Below are positions 51,432 through 64,000 of a DNA stretch of 64,000 nucleotides, piece after piece. The notes below the pieces were generated by a model, which worked only from the letters and a program-made list of their open reading frames with translations, made no database searches and was not told the origin of the DNA. The stretch comes from Eimeria praecox (taxonomy: Eukaryota), in assembly GCA_963920595.1 (NCBI GenBank), contig OY986948.1, positions 558,001 through 622,000 on the forward strand, read 5' to 3'. How positions within the stretch are numbered: position 1 is the stretch's first letter; every line of letters begins with the position of its first letter. A program made the position numbers and the translations under genes.

Positions 51432-51858
51432 ATGCCGCTTCTGGGTCGTACCGCCATCCTGATACCTGCATCCTGCTTGTAGTGTCTCGTCTTAGATTTG
51501 CTCAATCCAGCATTGCTGGGCCCTGCGTCACCCGCAGCATGGTTCGTCGAATGAAGCGGTTAAACTTGGATTCATCGAAATTTGTGCTGTGAAGGGGTGT
51601 GGTGCTGCTCCTTTGTTCTCACAGACGCATCGCATCTACGCCACATATAGTTCTGTCAGGTGCCGGGTGATCCCATTTGAATTCGGGAACGAAAGTGTAT
51701 CATTGGACATGAAAGATTGACTTCAGAGGTATAATTGTTGCCACATGAAAGGTCTCGCATCGCAACTGGATTGCAGCGTTGACAGTCTCATCAGCACGTG
51801 GTATCTCCGACTTATTAGCAGCATTTTTTCGTCGTCCCAATGTTTCCTTGATCCATGT

Positions 51859-54644
51859 TTATATCCGGTGGGTTTCTGCCGAGGGTAATAGTAGGGAAAG
51901 CCTAGCCGCGCGGCCACTTGTGAACGCGATCTTAAAGTGCGTGTTCGTTTTGGACACTTTGGATGTGCGGATTACGTTTCTCTTTGAGACTACGAGCTCC
52001 GTACTTGAGTGCGAGCTCAGTACTAGGGGATTTACGAACGTGTGCGAAAGCAAATGTACAGAAACAAACCCTTGTAGTTCTTCACTTGTTTGGCGCCCCG
52101 CCTTGATTTGCAAGTTCTTGAATAACATCCTGAGCAAAAGAGTTTGGCAACTCGCGGACCTTTGTAGATTCCTGTAGATTGTAAAAGGTACCTGAACTAC
52201 CGAGCCTAGTCCCAGGTCAGTTGCAGAGGCCTCGATTTCCCGGAGCCTCTTAATATGCGTAGCCGTTGCGGCAGCAAGGGATGCTGTAATACCGGGGGGC
52301 TTAGGGGGAGCTAGCGGTTTCGTGGGATAAATTTTCCCTTTAGACGGAAGGTAAATAGTGTGATTAGGAAGCACAACCATCCCCTGAAGCTTAGTAGGGC
52401 TGGGGGCGATGGGGCCACTGGCTTGACTGCTTAGAGGCGAGCCCGCGATAATTGGCTGGAGCTTGGGCAAGGCGGAGTAAGCCGAAGTGGGGAAATATGC
52501 CTTCAGATACGGCGTATACAACAGTGATTACAACATATTTGAAAAACGTCGCTCGTACCTTGCAGCGTCCTTCGAATGCCTTTTTCATGTCGGCGTCGTA
52601 GTTCCTGAAGGAGAGCCTCGACTGGCAGGGACCGTTGTACGTCGTGGGGGCTGCGCATATTCCTGATTCTTTTGATTCTAAATGCCATAGGGAAGGGCAT
52701 GGTGCCACGTAATTCCGCTCGGCGACGTCTCTAATTGGCCACGTTGCAGAACACCTCATCATCTGTTGTGTGGAACGAATTAACAGTGGCAAAGGCTGCA
52801 CTTTGCAGCAAGCTGCAGTTAACCTACAAAGTCATACTTCTGTTCATCGCTGATGCCACCGAGACGCTGTTTTGGGGCACAGCTTCCGCTGTAACCTTCA
52901 GGCGCGTGACACTCGGGAAGCTGAAGAGGTTGTCTTAAGGGCGGCTTAAGAGTTTTACGTATAATGGCGTACATACCTGCTGAGAAAGCTCTGCGACAGT
53001 CCATCCCAGGGGGCAAGATTCACTAAAGTCATAATGGGCGAGGAAGTTCGCCGGCCACTGGAATCCGCATCTGGCTGCAGTGCGCGCTTTTTCTGCACTG
53101 GAAGCCTCCCCTGGATGGAGCTTAAAGGCTTGACTGACAAGGTCTGAAGTTGTGTGGCCTACGAATGCGCTGCACAGGGTCGCATGGCCCCGCATAAGAA
53201 GGCGGGGCCTCGCATGCCTTGCCGTCATCTGCGCTACAGTGTTGAGTTCTGTTTGTGGGACATGGCAGTTCACTTTTCTCACCGGTTGCCGTCCACATTA
53301 TAGGACAGGCACTTGTTGTAAAATCTGCGTCGTATCCTTTGCATGGCCACCGGACATTACAGGCCTTCTCAATATATACTTTAGTATATCCTTATGAACA
53401 AGCAGCGTTTGTTTGCACACCTCCGCCCTAACGCACGTCGGTCCCACATTATACCTAACTTGTTGAGACCACGGCGCTCGAGGCGCAATACGTACCAGCG
53501 AGCCTTGGAGGCTTCATCGAAGTCGGTGAAAACCTTCTGAAGCACACAGCTAGGCAGAAGGCGCCATTGAAAGGGACAAGCGTGCACGCAACTAGAAAAT
53601 TGCGTCAAGAAATGCTCACTTCCCCCGGTAATGATACGGCGCTTTGCAGACTCCTCCTTCATCTGCCCAGCCTTCCGGGCATGGATCGCTGACACAAATC
53701 ATGTCCCCATTCATCGGCTCATCAAGCCAGAGCCTCTGCTACTACCTGTAGTCTTCTTCGCATGAGGTGCTGCATGGCCCTGTCATGTTTGCCTTATACC
53801 ATTGTGAAATTTATGACTGGCTGCTCATTTCGCATACATGAGACTTCGCAGCGCCGAGCAAATCCCTTTTTTGACAATGGTGTAGTGGCTAAAAAGTTGC
53901 ACCGCCCTTTCAAAACTCAGTGTTTCTTCGTAGGCATTTACGTACCGGAAAAGTCAGCCGTTCCCTCGCAAGGACCTGACAGTCATTGTAACGGAAATCT
54001 TACAGCCAACGTTCACAAGTTCACACCTGTATATTCGCTTGCTGCCTGAAAATGAATGCCCTGACAACCGAAGAGGACTCAATCTCACAGTTGTGGGACT
54101 TGCCTTGCAAGTTTTCCCGTCCCCTAATTCATACCATCCAACCGGGCCTGGAAATTAACAATCGTGTATGGACGGGGCATAGATGCCCTTTTGCTGCAAT
54201 GGCACCTCGCCACAGCGAAATGTCTCACACAGTCGAGAGTAGTTGCGCTGCGAGCAGTTATCCAGGTCTGGGTTGTCAAGCATCTCGTTGCGCGAAGCAG
54301 CATCGACTTCCGCTGCGATCTTGTTTCGCACAACTGAATGGGGCAGTAGCACTAGAGGCGAGGTGCATGTCAGGTTAGAAGCAAGGCATACGGGAGGAAG
54401 AAAGGTTATGAAGAACGCTTAGCACAGCTGCAGCAAGCTCATCGGAGAAATTAGACAAGCTTCTATGATCTTCAGCATCGCCAACTAGCTTGTAAAATGA
54501 ATCAAGCAGACTGTGCCCGGGGAAATCTGTCGGCAACCTTGCCGGAGGCAACTCAGGCACCCCAAGCCCGCTTCCCCAGTCGAGATTCCACTGTAAAACA
54601 CCCAGCCAAAGGGCGGAAACAAGCAAACTCCAGCAGAGGCTCAT
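51859..54644 (-). CDS. CPW-WPC family secreted protein with ~5 CPW-WPC domains and ~16 exons (3' end uncertain)
   Basis: Signal peptide MSLCWSLLVSALWLGVL. Spliced repeats: RNYSRLCPVGW..CKAASEYTGPC..FARRCEVSWPC; DYSDPCPEGW..CKAPYHYRGNC..WAEACNVRWPC; CPIMW..CEAPPSYAGPC..RCGFQWP; CPLGW..CHAPEGYSGSC..RCSATWP; CPSLW..CAAPTTYNGPC. Confidence 0.92.
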
Positions 54645-55349
54645 TGCTTATAAAGATATCAGTGAGTAAATGGGCTAGCCAGCATGCCGATCGAAGGCTG
54701 CCGTAAATTTCCTTGAAAAATGAATATGCGTGGCACCCCACAACAGTACATACACTACGAAATAGACTCAGGAATGGGATCACGCAAACTCCGTTCAGTG
54801 CACTCAATTTCTCCATTTATCAGTGTATGCACTCATATTTCCCTGCAGTGGCAAACTTTTGCTAGAAGAAACGATACCGTTCGACATTAGCGGAAACGCC
54901 GGCGCAGGCACAACACGCAAGACTGCCCAGGTTGGTTAAGACTCTGTAAATTGCGCGAGAATCGTAACGTCCAGATATTTCCTGGCATTTTAATATCATA
55001 TCTTAAGAATCTGAGTGCTCGAACTTCCATGAACCACCAGAAACCCAGAGGTAGCTGCATGCGGTGACGAGCATGAGTCACCAGTTGCCTGATTATAAGG
55101 CATGAATATTTTATCTTCTTCGTCATTAGAAAACAGAATTTAACCCTATTATTATTAGCTGCCTTTGAATTATGGGCAACGGGCAGAGGTGTGCGGCATT
55201 CCACACGGGATGTCTTCAAGGTAGGGGGTACTGACTACAACGACAGCAGTAAGGGAATTCCTCTTCCCCTTCTGCAGCCCAAGAGGAGAATCGTAAATTT
55301 GTATCTCATTAAGTACGGAAAGAGATGAATTTGTTTACAACGATGAAAG

Positions 55350-58074
55350 ATGGCTACAATCCCCACGCACAGCGCCACGGCCGCCTCTCTCAGTTTGAAA
55401 AGGATTATACGTACGGGATTCCTCCTCACGTCACGGTCTTTTCCTGGTGGGACAGGCTTGCTTGAGCGATGCCAGGCAGCTTCTCCGTACCATGAACCAG
55501 CGCATGAGACTCGGGGGAGCTATGCGTACACAGGAATGGAGCGGAGGACTGCATTCGCTGCACCCCGGTTGTTGCATAACACTGCAAGGCAAAGAAGATT
55601 CTCTACAACTGCAACCGGTTTAGACCGGGGCCCTCCTGATAGGCAACCTGGTGAGGTCCCAGGGCTTCCGGCGCCGTACGATAATCAAATGACCTGCTAT
55701 GGCATCTGCTGCCATCTCGCGACTGCGTCTCGCATTCGTTTTCTGGTGATTACGTTGCATAGTACATGCTTTGCTAGCTGCAGTTGTCCGATATGATAAC
55801 CCCACTTCCCGATTGGAGTGCGGGGAATGCCTTTGAAGGGATGTTCGCCCGATGGGCAGCGACTAGGCAGGAACGGCGAAATCTTGTTCGTCCTTGTTCG
55901 TTTCAGATGGGTGGGGAGGTAGGGCGTGTTTGGTGTAATTGTCTGCAGAAGAGGACGCAGATAAAGTGCGCGTGACTGGCTTGCTGCACCGTTACCGGTT
56001 GCTCCGGCCGGAAGACCGCATGCGACTTCTTGAAGAGCATGCGAAGGCGGGGTGCAGCTTGGTATGTTGTGAGAGGGCCTCCCCGAAATGCTTCACTTGT
56101 GTATTTGCACATTTTTCCTATAGGGGCTTGATCTTAGAGGAAACCAGAGCTGCCTTTTTGAAAATGAATGCAATAAAGGATAAAACTTGACGTAGTAATT
56201 TGGTATTGTGAAGAGATGCTAGTAGGCGTACGGGTAACTTCCCCTGTGGTTTCTGCAGCTGTTTGCCCACAATATACAACGCATCGCTCTGCACTGTTGG
56301 CATTTGTTTTTTACTGGACTTCAGATGACGGACTGGCACAAATTTCGCGCGGAAGGCATGGATGACGAGCTCAAGTCTTGGGAAGCGGACAAACGAAAGC
56401 GAGAAGAACAGTTGGAGCGGACTCTGCGGTTGCGAGAAATACAAAAGCCCGCCCACTTGCGCCGGCGCAGACGAAAATTCAAGCGCGTGCAGCAATCAGA
56501 GCCTCAGGCACCCCCAGTAGTGTACGCACACAAATCCGCCCCTCGACAGAAACAAACGGGAAGTGCATTCACCTCGTCACCTGGGTGGTGGTGCCGTCAC
56601 ACTTCGCTGGCGCGGCTAACCTCGAATTTCCTCCTGTCTCCATATTTTTAATATTCAGGTCTGTAAACTTCACAGAAGAAGCACAGACTGTTAGTTTAAT
56701 TGAAGATGTTCACAAGGCCGAAGTGTATCAGGAGATTTGCGCGAAGCTTGATGAACAATGGGGAGTTCGCGTAAGCATCTACCCTAGTTCGCGGCGGGGG
56801 ATTACGCTGGGCACACTGCTGTTGGGATGCGGATTTAGATGAGCATCTTTTCTATACTGAAACAGCCGTCAACCCGATCATGCGACTTGTACTGCGAGTT
56901 TCTGAACTTACTGCCTTCCCTGCCGCTGCCCTCCCCAGTGTGCTCACGCATAGGACGAGTGCGATTGATTTCTTCTTTTCAGAACCCTCTGAGTGACCAT
57001 TTTGTTGACATTCTGGCGCAAGCCGTGAGGCACGACCTTATGGACCAAAGGCAAGAGCATCTGAGTTGAATTAGTGCACCTAGTTGTTCCCTGCATACTG
57101 CTGGTCAGACTCAGCAGATGAGTGTGTTGATAGAGAAGCCTTGCAGGCTGGGGCTGTCACAAGCAGATAATTATTTGAGCCTTGGCCGGGGGGTTCCTGC
57201 ATGCATCCCACCCTTAGTATCCCAGGAGACCCATGGGCTTGTAGTGAAACTTGTGGACTATCCGTTGCAGTCGTCCCACGCTTGTAAATGAGCTAACGGA
57301 CTTTGATAATCCATACATGTTAAAGCGAGAGGCAATCAAGAGGCTGCTCGAGGAATGCGGGACGCGTAACGCGCTCGATGAATCCATGGTCAGTCTTTCA
57401 GCCATGGCAAGCCTTCTTATGGAGATTCGCCGAAGGCTAAGGGCTGCCATTTGTCGTGGATCATCAGGGACCTTCGGAAATCTCACTGTCAACTGGTCTT
57501 TCCTTGGTTGACTGGCACTTGGATTAGTTTTTTCACAGCGTTTGCCACACCGGTCATGCTTTGAATTCAGATTGACGAGTACTTGGATAGGCGCCCCGAC
57601 CTCGTGAAGCTGCGACTTTCTGTGAGTGCCCAGCTGCACCAGGTAGCTGTAGCTAATACACTACTGCTAGTATTAGCGGCATACCCCTCAAAGGGTATGT
57701 GGAGCTGGCCTCTGCCATGAAAGAAACCTCTCTCGTAAAGGGCTGTTTTGTGGTTGGAGGTTTCGCACTCAGTCGCTTCAGGATGCAGCGTTGGGCTCGC
57801 ATCCAGTGTAATGCCCACTTTACTGGTGGTTTATTGGGGCTGCTGCGTTTTCCAGGCAAAGCTTCCGCCGGAGGTTGTTGAGCCATTAGCTGCATTTCAC
57901 GGCCTGACGAATTACAACTTCGACAAACGCACACGTTTGCAGCAGAAAGTCAATGCAATGTTCAAGGCCGTCCATGCTGCTCATTGCGGTATGCAGCTGC
58001 ACGCACTGTTCGCGAGATTTCCTCTCGTCTTCGTGCCGCTTATGCATATTTACTTTACAAATCAGGAACTGTAA
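55350..58074 (+). CDS. Multi-exon hypothetical protein, possibly mitochondrial; model and 3' end uncertain
   Basis: R/S/A-rich N-terminus (..RQRRFST). Chain of spliceable coding segments: EDADKVRVTGLLHRY.., MTDWHKFRAEG..RRRRRKFKR, SVNFTEEAQ..WGVR, NPLSDHFVDIL, RPTLVNELTDFDNPY.., IDEYLDRRPDL.., AKLPPEVVEPLAAFHGLTNYNFDKRTRLQQK. Confidence 0.6.
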
Positions 58075-61000
58075 GCGCACAGCCCGCGAGCGTGGACTGC
58101 TTGTGATCACATGCAGAGTTGGACAAGGTACTGGGGAGCCTGGAGGAGAATCAGCGTTCTGACATGTGAGCACGCAGAGCGAGCTTCATAAGCGCGCCCA
58201 CCTCCCTCCCCCATTGGCATTTTCGTTATAGGCCGCCTACCCCTTGCTTGGGAATGCAGCTGAGGCACGCTTATAACTGTTTCGCCTTGTTTGGCGGCGT
58301 TGGTGTGACAGGAAGTACGAAGCTCATCCGTTTCGGAACCACTTTGGTTTCGTTTCAGCCGTTCCAACCGGTACAGCAGGCTCGATTACGATGGGGCGCG
58401 AAATCAGCGACACGGAGAAGGAGCTCAGGATGATTCGGTAGGCTGTGGCTAGATATTCGATGATCGAGTTTCGCATAACCCCTTAACTGCAAAAGAAGAA
58501 TTAATTGTGCAAAAAGCGACTCAACAGCATGCAAGGAGCAGGAGGAAAAGGGATTTGCTCCACAGAAACCAAAGTGAAGGTAGAGCTTGAATCATGCTGT
58601 GGCTATACCGTTTTGCTCAGCTATCCTACGCTGCAGCGCGTGGCGCACACGCTTCCGAAGGATCCGAAATGTCAGTTTGCGCGGTATTTCGAGTAAAGCT
58701 ACTCTGTCAAATTTGCCTTTGCTCTTGCGCTACAAATGCTAACAGAAGACCACCGCCTGCGAAGGCCTCTTGCAGCAGCATCACCGTGCCCTTGATGCGC
58801 GCCTATGCGTTTTGCAGATCGTGCCATAGTTGCTCATGCTATTCGCGTTCTTGAGCGGTCGCGGGGCTGGGATTTCGAGGATAAAATCAAGGTGAGTGGA
58901 AGAGAAGCTAATATGAGCAAATGTGGAACTTGATACACTTTTGTGGCCCTCATTGCTACGCTTTTCATTCCTGGTACGGGCTGCCCTAGGCTATCAACAC
59001 CCTGGTTGAAGTCTACAACCACCTTCCGCCCAGTGCAACTTATGAGCGCAAGCTGGATGAAGCATTCCCGGTATTTAGGTGAGATTCACTGGGTGATAAG
59101 AGTGTAACTTGTACTTTTGAATAGAGCTTACCATCACGTTAGCCGCTGTTGTTCTGTTTTGGGGAGATCCTGATTAACTCCGTCGGAAATGTGCCTGGGT
59201 TTATTGATTGCTACGCATGTGGTGTAGGAAGCCCGGGATGACGAGGTTCACAAAATCTAGGAACTCGGTCTTCTGTAGGGGGCTAAAATATATCAGATCC
59301 CTCACGACGCAGAAACCGCTGTCAGTGCGGCTTGCAAAAAAGAAGTAACACCTCTGGTTGATAAGCCAGTTGGCGGCAAGATTTAACGCTCGATTAAAAA
59401 CGTTTGGCGGCAGAAACAAAAACTGTGCAGCACACTTCCGTGGATTCTAAGTAACTTTGCCATATGCCAAACTGGGAACAGTGGAAGCACTCTTTGTTCG
59501 CCAAAGGGAAAGGGTGCCTTTGCCAGTACCAGCCTGGCAACTAAATGCAGGGGCATGGCCTCTTACGACATGCTATGCAGTTTCCTCTTGCAGTGCTTCG
59601 TGCATGACGATACTCCCGCAGACTTTTCGAGCGAAGTAGCGTTCTCCTTTTCAACTTGTTCCTGCACAGCAGTGGACAAGTAGCCTGTGGATTTCGGGGT
59701 GCCGTGCAATGCATTACTCATTTCCTGTTAAAGTGTTGCCGGTTTAAGTGGCTCTTTCTACCGTTACAAGGGGTAAACTTCAGTGTCATGCCGTCTGAAA
59801 CTTGTTATCGTTTAGTGCCTTAACAACTATGCTAGCCGACAGATTTTCCCTTCGAATGAATCCTACTGCAAGACTAGGCAGCACATACCTATGGCCACCA
59901 GACTATGTCTTACAGACAAGCGGAAACTAATTTGAAACTCTGAGGCTATTCATTCTTTCATCGAGTTGAGCTAGTGTACCCAGGAAACCAGCGCTGAAGG
60001 CTCCCTAGCGCCCCAGCCGTGCTGGCATGGCGGCCAGCTAGACGGATGCTTCCTACCGGTCCGACTAGGATACGGCCAGTCAACAGCTTCCCAGTTAGAG
60101 TATTGTTAGCCTCGGAAAAAGCGCTTAGCAGAGGCTGCTTGACGGGTAATACGCGCGAGAAGGGCGATGAATGGGGGGTTAGCGTCGCCCCCCGGTACTT
60201 TGACTGAGTAAGTTATAGGAGTCTCCAGAGGGGAATTCGCCTGGGGAAGTGCCAGAAATGTGAACCTTATACACAATTTCAAACAAAATACGGCAAGTCC
60301 AGCAAGTTCAGGCTGGGGCTTCCCTGCAGTCCGCACGGACCAGACCATCGGCAGTCATTTTCCGGCCACGATTCGTTCGAAATCAAGCCGCAAGTGGAGA
60401 GAATTCGAAGAGGATATACCCTTACTTAAAATACTTGCATTTAATAGCTATTAAAAACTTTTTTGCCCCGGTCAACATTGTCTTGATAGGGAGGTTTACG
60501 GCTTGTCATCTTGCGCACCGGTGGGCATGTGTGCAATGGCGCCACCGCTTAATGCGACACTGAAAACCTTCCAGGTGGAGGGATTCACACTGTTGTTATG
60601 GTTGCTGAAGATTGCTCATTAATTGTTTTGGTTGGTAGAATTTTCTTGTTTTTCATGTCTGCAAGACCCACGCCGTGCAGTGACCCTCTACGGCAGCAGT
60701 CGCGACAGCCAAACGCAGTATCTGACTCTTTTCACTGGCAAACACTAACTTCTTCAAGTAGGTCATTTGCGCTGATAAGATTTTTCTAGCCAGTTGGAAC
60801 TTTTGGGTGGGTTGCCTGCAGAGCTTCCAGCAGATCTCCCACGTGCAACAGCGGAATATTAGGCAGACAGCCTTGCTGCATCTCCTGTTGATAGGAAGTT
60901 GGCCTCTTGCAAGCATCACTTTAGGTCCTTTTAAAGGCGAATTTGAGGATTCGTATAGCTCAGCCACGACAGCATCGTCCGACCCACCTTCGACCAATTG

Positions 61001-61208
61001 TTTCGTTTGGAGCAAAAGGGGAGCACCAACTGCCTTTTTTATCTGCCCTTTTAGCAACAGAATTGTCAAGGCAAGTTTGACAGACTCTTTGCGATGCCAG
61101 ATAAGGACCAGTTATAGAAGCTAAATGCGCAGATATAGGGGGCCACTTGCCAGCCTGTGTACCGTGGCATGCCTGGGCTGCTTGCTGGAACTCTTTTCAG
61201 TGGTCCCT

Positions 61209-64000
61209 ATGGGGGCCTGCGGAACAAAGCAACTTAGCGGAGCTCGTGATCTAGGCGCGTCGCCACGAGGTCAGTTGCACCAACTTCAAACGAAGGCATG
61301 CCCACTTCAGCAAACTGTGATTGAAAGCGTCAGGGTGCGCTTTACACTTCTCACGTTGCGCCACCTAGGTAACCCTTTGTTGTTTTTAAATGCTAACGGT
61401 GAGATGCACGCAGGCACCAAGGAGAATACGGAGTCAAGGGAGGTGGCAAGGGCAAGGACCAAGGACAGCGCGGATAGGGGCCTTGCTTCGGTTCGAACTA
61501 TTTCACCACAAGCTTGCCGGAGGAAACGGAGCACGGTTTCCAGAGCCTCAAAAGCGCTTTCCCGTCCGCAGCAGCAACATCGCGGGGCCTCACAATTTTT
61601 AGGTGTGGGAGCTTGTGGACTCCAAACCTTGACGGTTCCCGAGGCCCAGCCCTATCTAGCCGAGGCTGTTCACCCCAGCATACTAGGGCGGTTTTATAGG
61701 CCCAAAAACGCTGCTTACGAATTAAGCGTAAAGTTGAACGTAGCAGAAGGGGACTCTCAATGGGTACTCGGTACTCCTGAAACGTGTAGCTCAGGCTCAA
61801 AGCAGAACTCGCTGCCAGGCCTCTCAAACGCTGTCAAGCTTTTAGATCCAGCCATTGGAGGTACTACTGATGTCGGAACGTCGCCGGAAAGTAGCCGCAG
61901 TGATGGCAACCCATACATCGACAGAGGAGGGATGGACCCTGTTCAACATCGTTGTAGAATAGACTATCCACAGTGGGAGGTACTGCCTAAATCCTTAGCA
62001 TACGTGCTGCCGCTGTCTCCAGAACGAAGCTCACCTCGAACACCATTGAGCATCTCCCCAATGCTGGAAAGCCGACAGCCCAAGATCCTTTGCGTTTCGA
62101 CAATCTCGGCTGACCTACCTCAGTTCAACTTTGAGGTACGTGTTTTCTGCCAGTAGAGTGAGGGCTCATTCAATTCTCCGAAAGGTTCCGTAGGCAATAC
62201 CTTTACTCCAACCACAGCAAGCTGCCGGAAGGGATGAGACAGCTTTTTCTTAGGGCTATAAACGTGTAGCGAAATAATGCGGGGTTCGTTTCGCAGTGTA
62301 GAAACATGGGTACTATCTGCCGCTGAACTGCATAGAGAATTATGCTCAGTTAAAGCAGCAGCCATGCTTCCATCCGGGTGGCTCCATATGCGCTGGAGTT
62401 TTTCAGGAGAAGGCAGTTCAGATTACAGGAGCGGATTCACCCGTTGCCCTAGAAAAATTAGGGGTCAGCGTCGTTTGCAAAAAGGGTTACAAGCCGAACT
62501 GCCCAAACAATGATGGATTCTTTGTTTCACAGTAAGTGCTCCCCTGTTTGTACTGCTCCACCTCCGAAGTTTGGCTTTCTGCATAGAAGGAGAGTTCTGC
62601 CAGAACACACCCATAACTCAAATTGTCATATGGGACGGCTGTATCTATGATCGCTGTCTCTGCTTGTTAAAATGCAGTGTTCGGGGGTGTATAGTCTGCT
62701 GCGTCCTCGAAGGGCATGGCCCATTCGGTCACGAGATTTGTCATGCCGTTCAGCAAGACTTGCTTAGGCTAACTACTGACAATCCAGATCTACCAGTTAG
62801 ATCAAAGAGTGTACTTCAAGAAGCCTTTCTAAAGGTGAAGATGCAAGCGACAACTAGCGGCACTGCTTCGCTGCGTGCTTGTGACTTCGTGCATGCGCGC
62901 TTGCATGCCTGATCTCCCAAGACATACGCGTTCATTATGTAGGAACTAGCTTGTGGCGTGAAATGTGGTTATGTTCACATTTTCCTTAGGCTCACAGCAA
63001 CCTGCAAATGAAGTGTAACGCGTTCAGATTGGACAGCAAGCTCAGTGGCACTACCGTTACCATCCTGGTGTACTTGAGGGAACGAAACAAGCTGTTCGTT
63101 GCTCACGTCGGTAATAGCCGAGCTGTGCTTTGCAAGTTTAATAGATATGGTAAGAACCCTGTGTAGTCGTGCCTATTCGGGTGTTGTCGGCACACTGGGC
63201 ACAATCATTGAGGGGTTACGAGTTGCTGTTACTATTGGCACACTCTTTGGCCTGAAGGGGCGTTGACATCTTTGCATGCTTGGCGCTTTCCTGCAGGCTG
63301 TGGCGTCCGCGCGGTCGACCTCACTGTGGACCATACTCCTACCAACAATAAGGAGCTGCGGCGTATCGTTAAAGCAGGTAATACACTCCCTTCAAACATT
63401 AGCCGAGGCAAACCCTTCTCATCGCTTCGTCGCTTCCTACTGTGTAATTTTTATTGCATCATTCCATGCGCGAAGGGGGACAGGTTAGGGCACTAGGAGG
63501 TGATGGCTGCCACCGTATTTTCTTGACTAACGGATATTTGCCCGGATTGGCTGTAGCCCGATCCATTGGCGATACTCTAGCTGGGAACGCAGGTGTCATA
63601 GCGTTGCCGGAGATAAAAGGCAAGTCTGCTTATTCCCCGTCGGCCTTGTAGAAGCATTCATTCCGGTATATGCATTTCATGCAAATAATATGGGGTTATT
63701 TCATTGCATTGATGGGGTCAGATACGCGAAGAGACCAGCATCACGCTTCCCTTCCATGCGCAGTCCATGCACAGCACAACTAATGCATTGGTTTTTCGCT
63801 TTCTTGCAGAATACAAAATCGATGCTAAACGCGACAAGTTCCTCTTACTTTGCACTGACGGTGTATGGAACGTCATTTCATCTCAAGAGGCAGTTGAGAT
63901 CGCCCATTCTGCCAAGCAAAAAGAAGTATACGCGAGCACATTTATGCTGGGGGCTGCAATAATGCTTTGTAGAGCCTTATCTAAACTAGTGATGAAGCTA
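61209..64000 (+). CDS. PP2C/PPM-family phosphatase-like protein with an N-terminal acylation motif; runs off the right edge
   Basis: MGACGTK start (alternative ATG at 61125). Exons give CKKGYKPNCPNND, VLEGHGPFGH, SGTTVT, VAHVGNSRAVL, DLTVDHTP..ELRRI, PGLAVARSIGD and LLLCTDGVW. Confidence 0.88.

Overview
This is eukaryotic, intron-rich DNA from an eimeriid coccidian (Eimeria/Cyclospora-like). The assignment rests on CAG-type repeats, interstitial AAACCCT heptamers, TGCATGCA motifs, a CPW-WPC gene and apicoplast-like DNA. Spliced models built by hand give LSm7, mitoribosomal mL46, DDX6/DOZI, EngA/Der, NIP7, a very long Aurora-like kinase, prenyltransferase (probably Rab GGTase) beta, a cold-shock/Gly-rich protein, a ~16-exon CPW-WPC protein, a 3'-truncated PP2C, three orphan genes and one 5'-truncated gene. 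A decayed Ty3/gypsy (chromovirus-like) relic lies at ~43.8-48.3 kb. The most notable observations are: a chimeric apicoplast insertion (LSU rRNA + rpl14 fragments); a lipid-anchor-type PP2C with two metal-ligand substitutions; a 7-nt micro-exon; 3-4 GC-AG introns; and two repair-like scars in the dead integrase (a perfect 25-bp hairpin and a telomere-like patch at a deletion). I did not find a complete novel multi-gene system. All homology calls are by motif recognition only; no searches were run.
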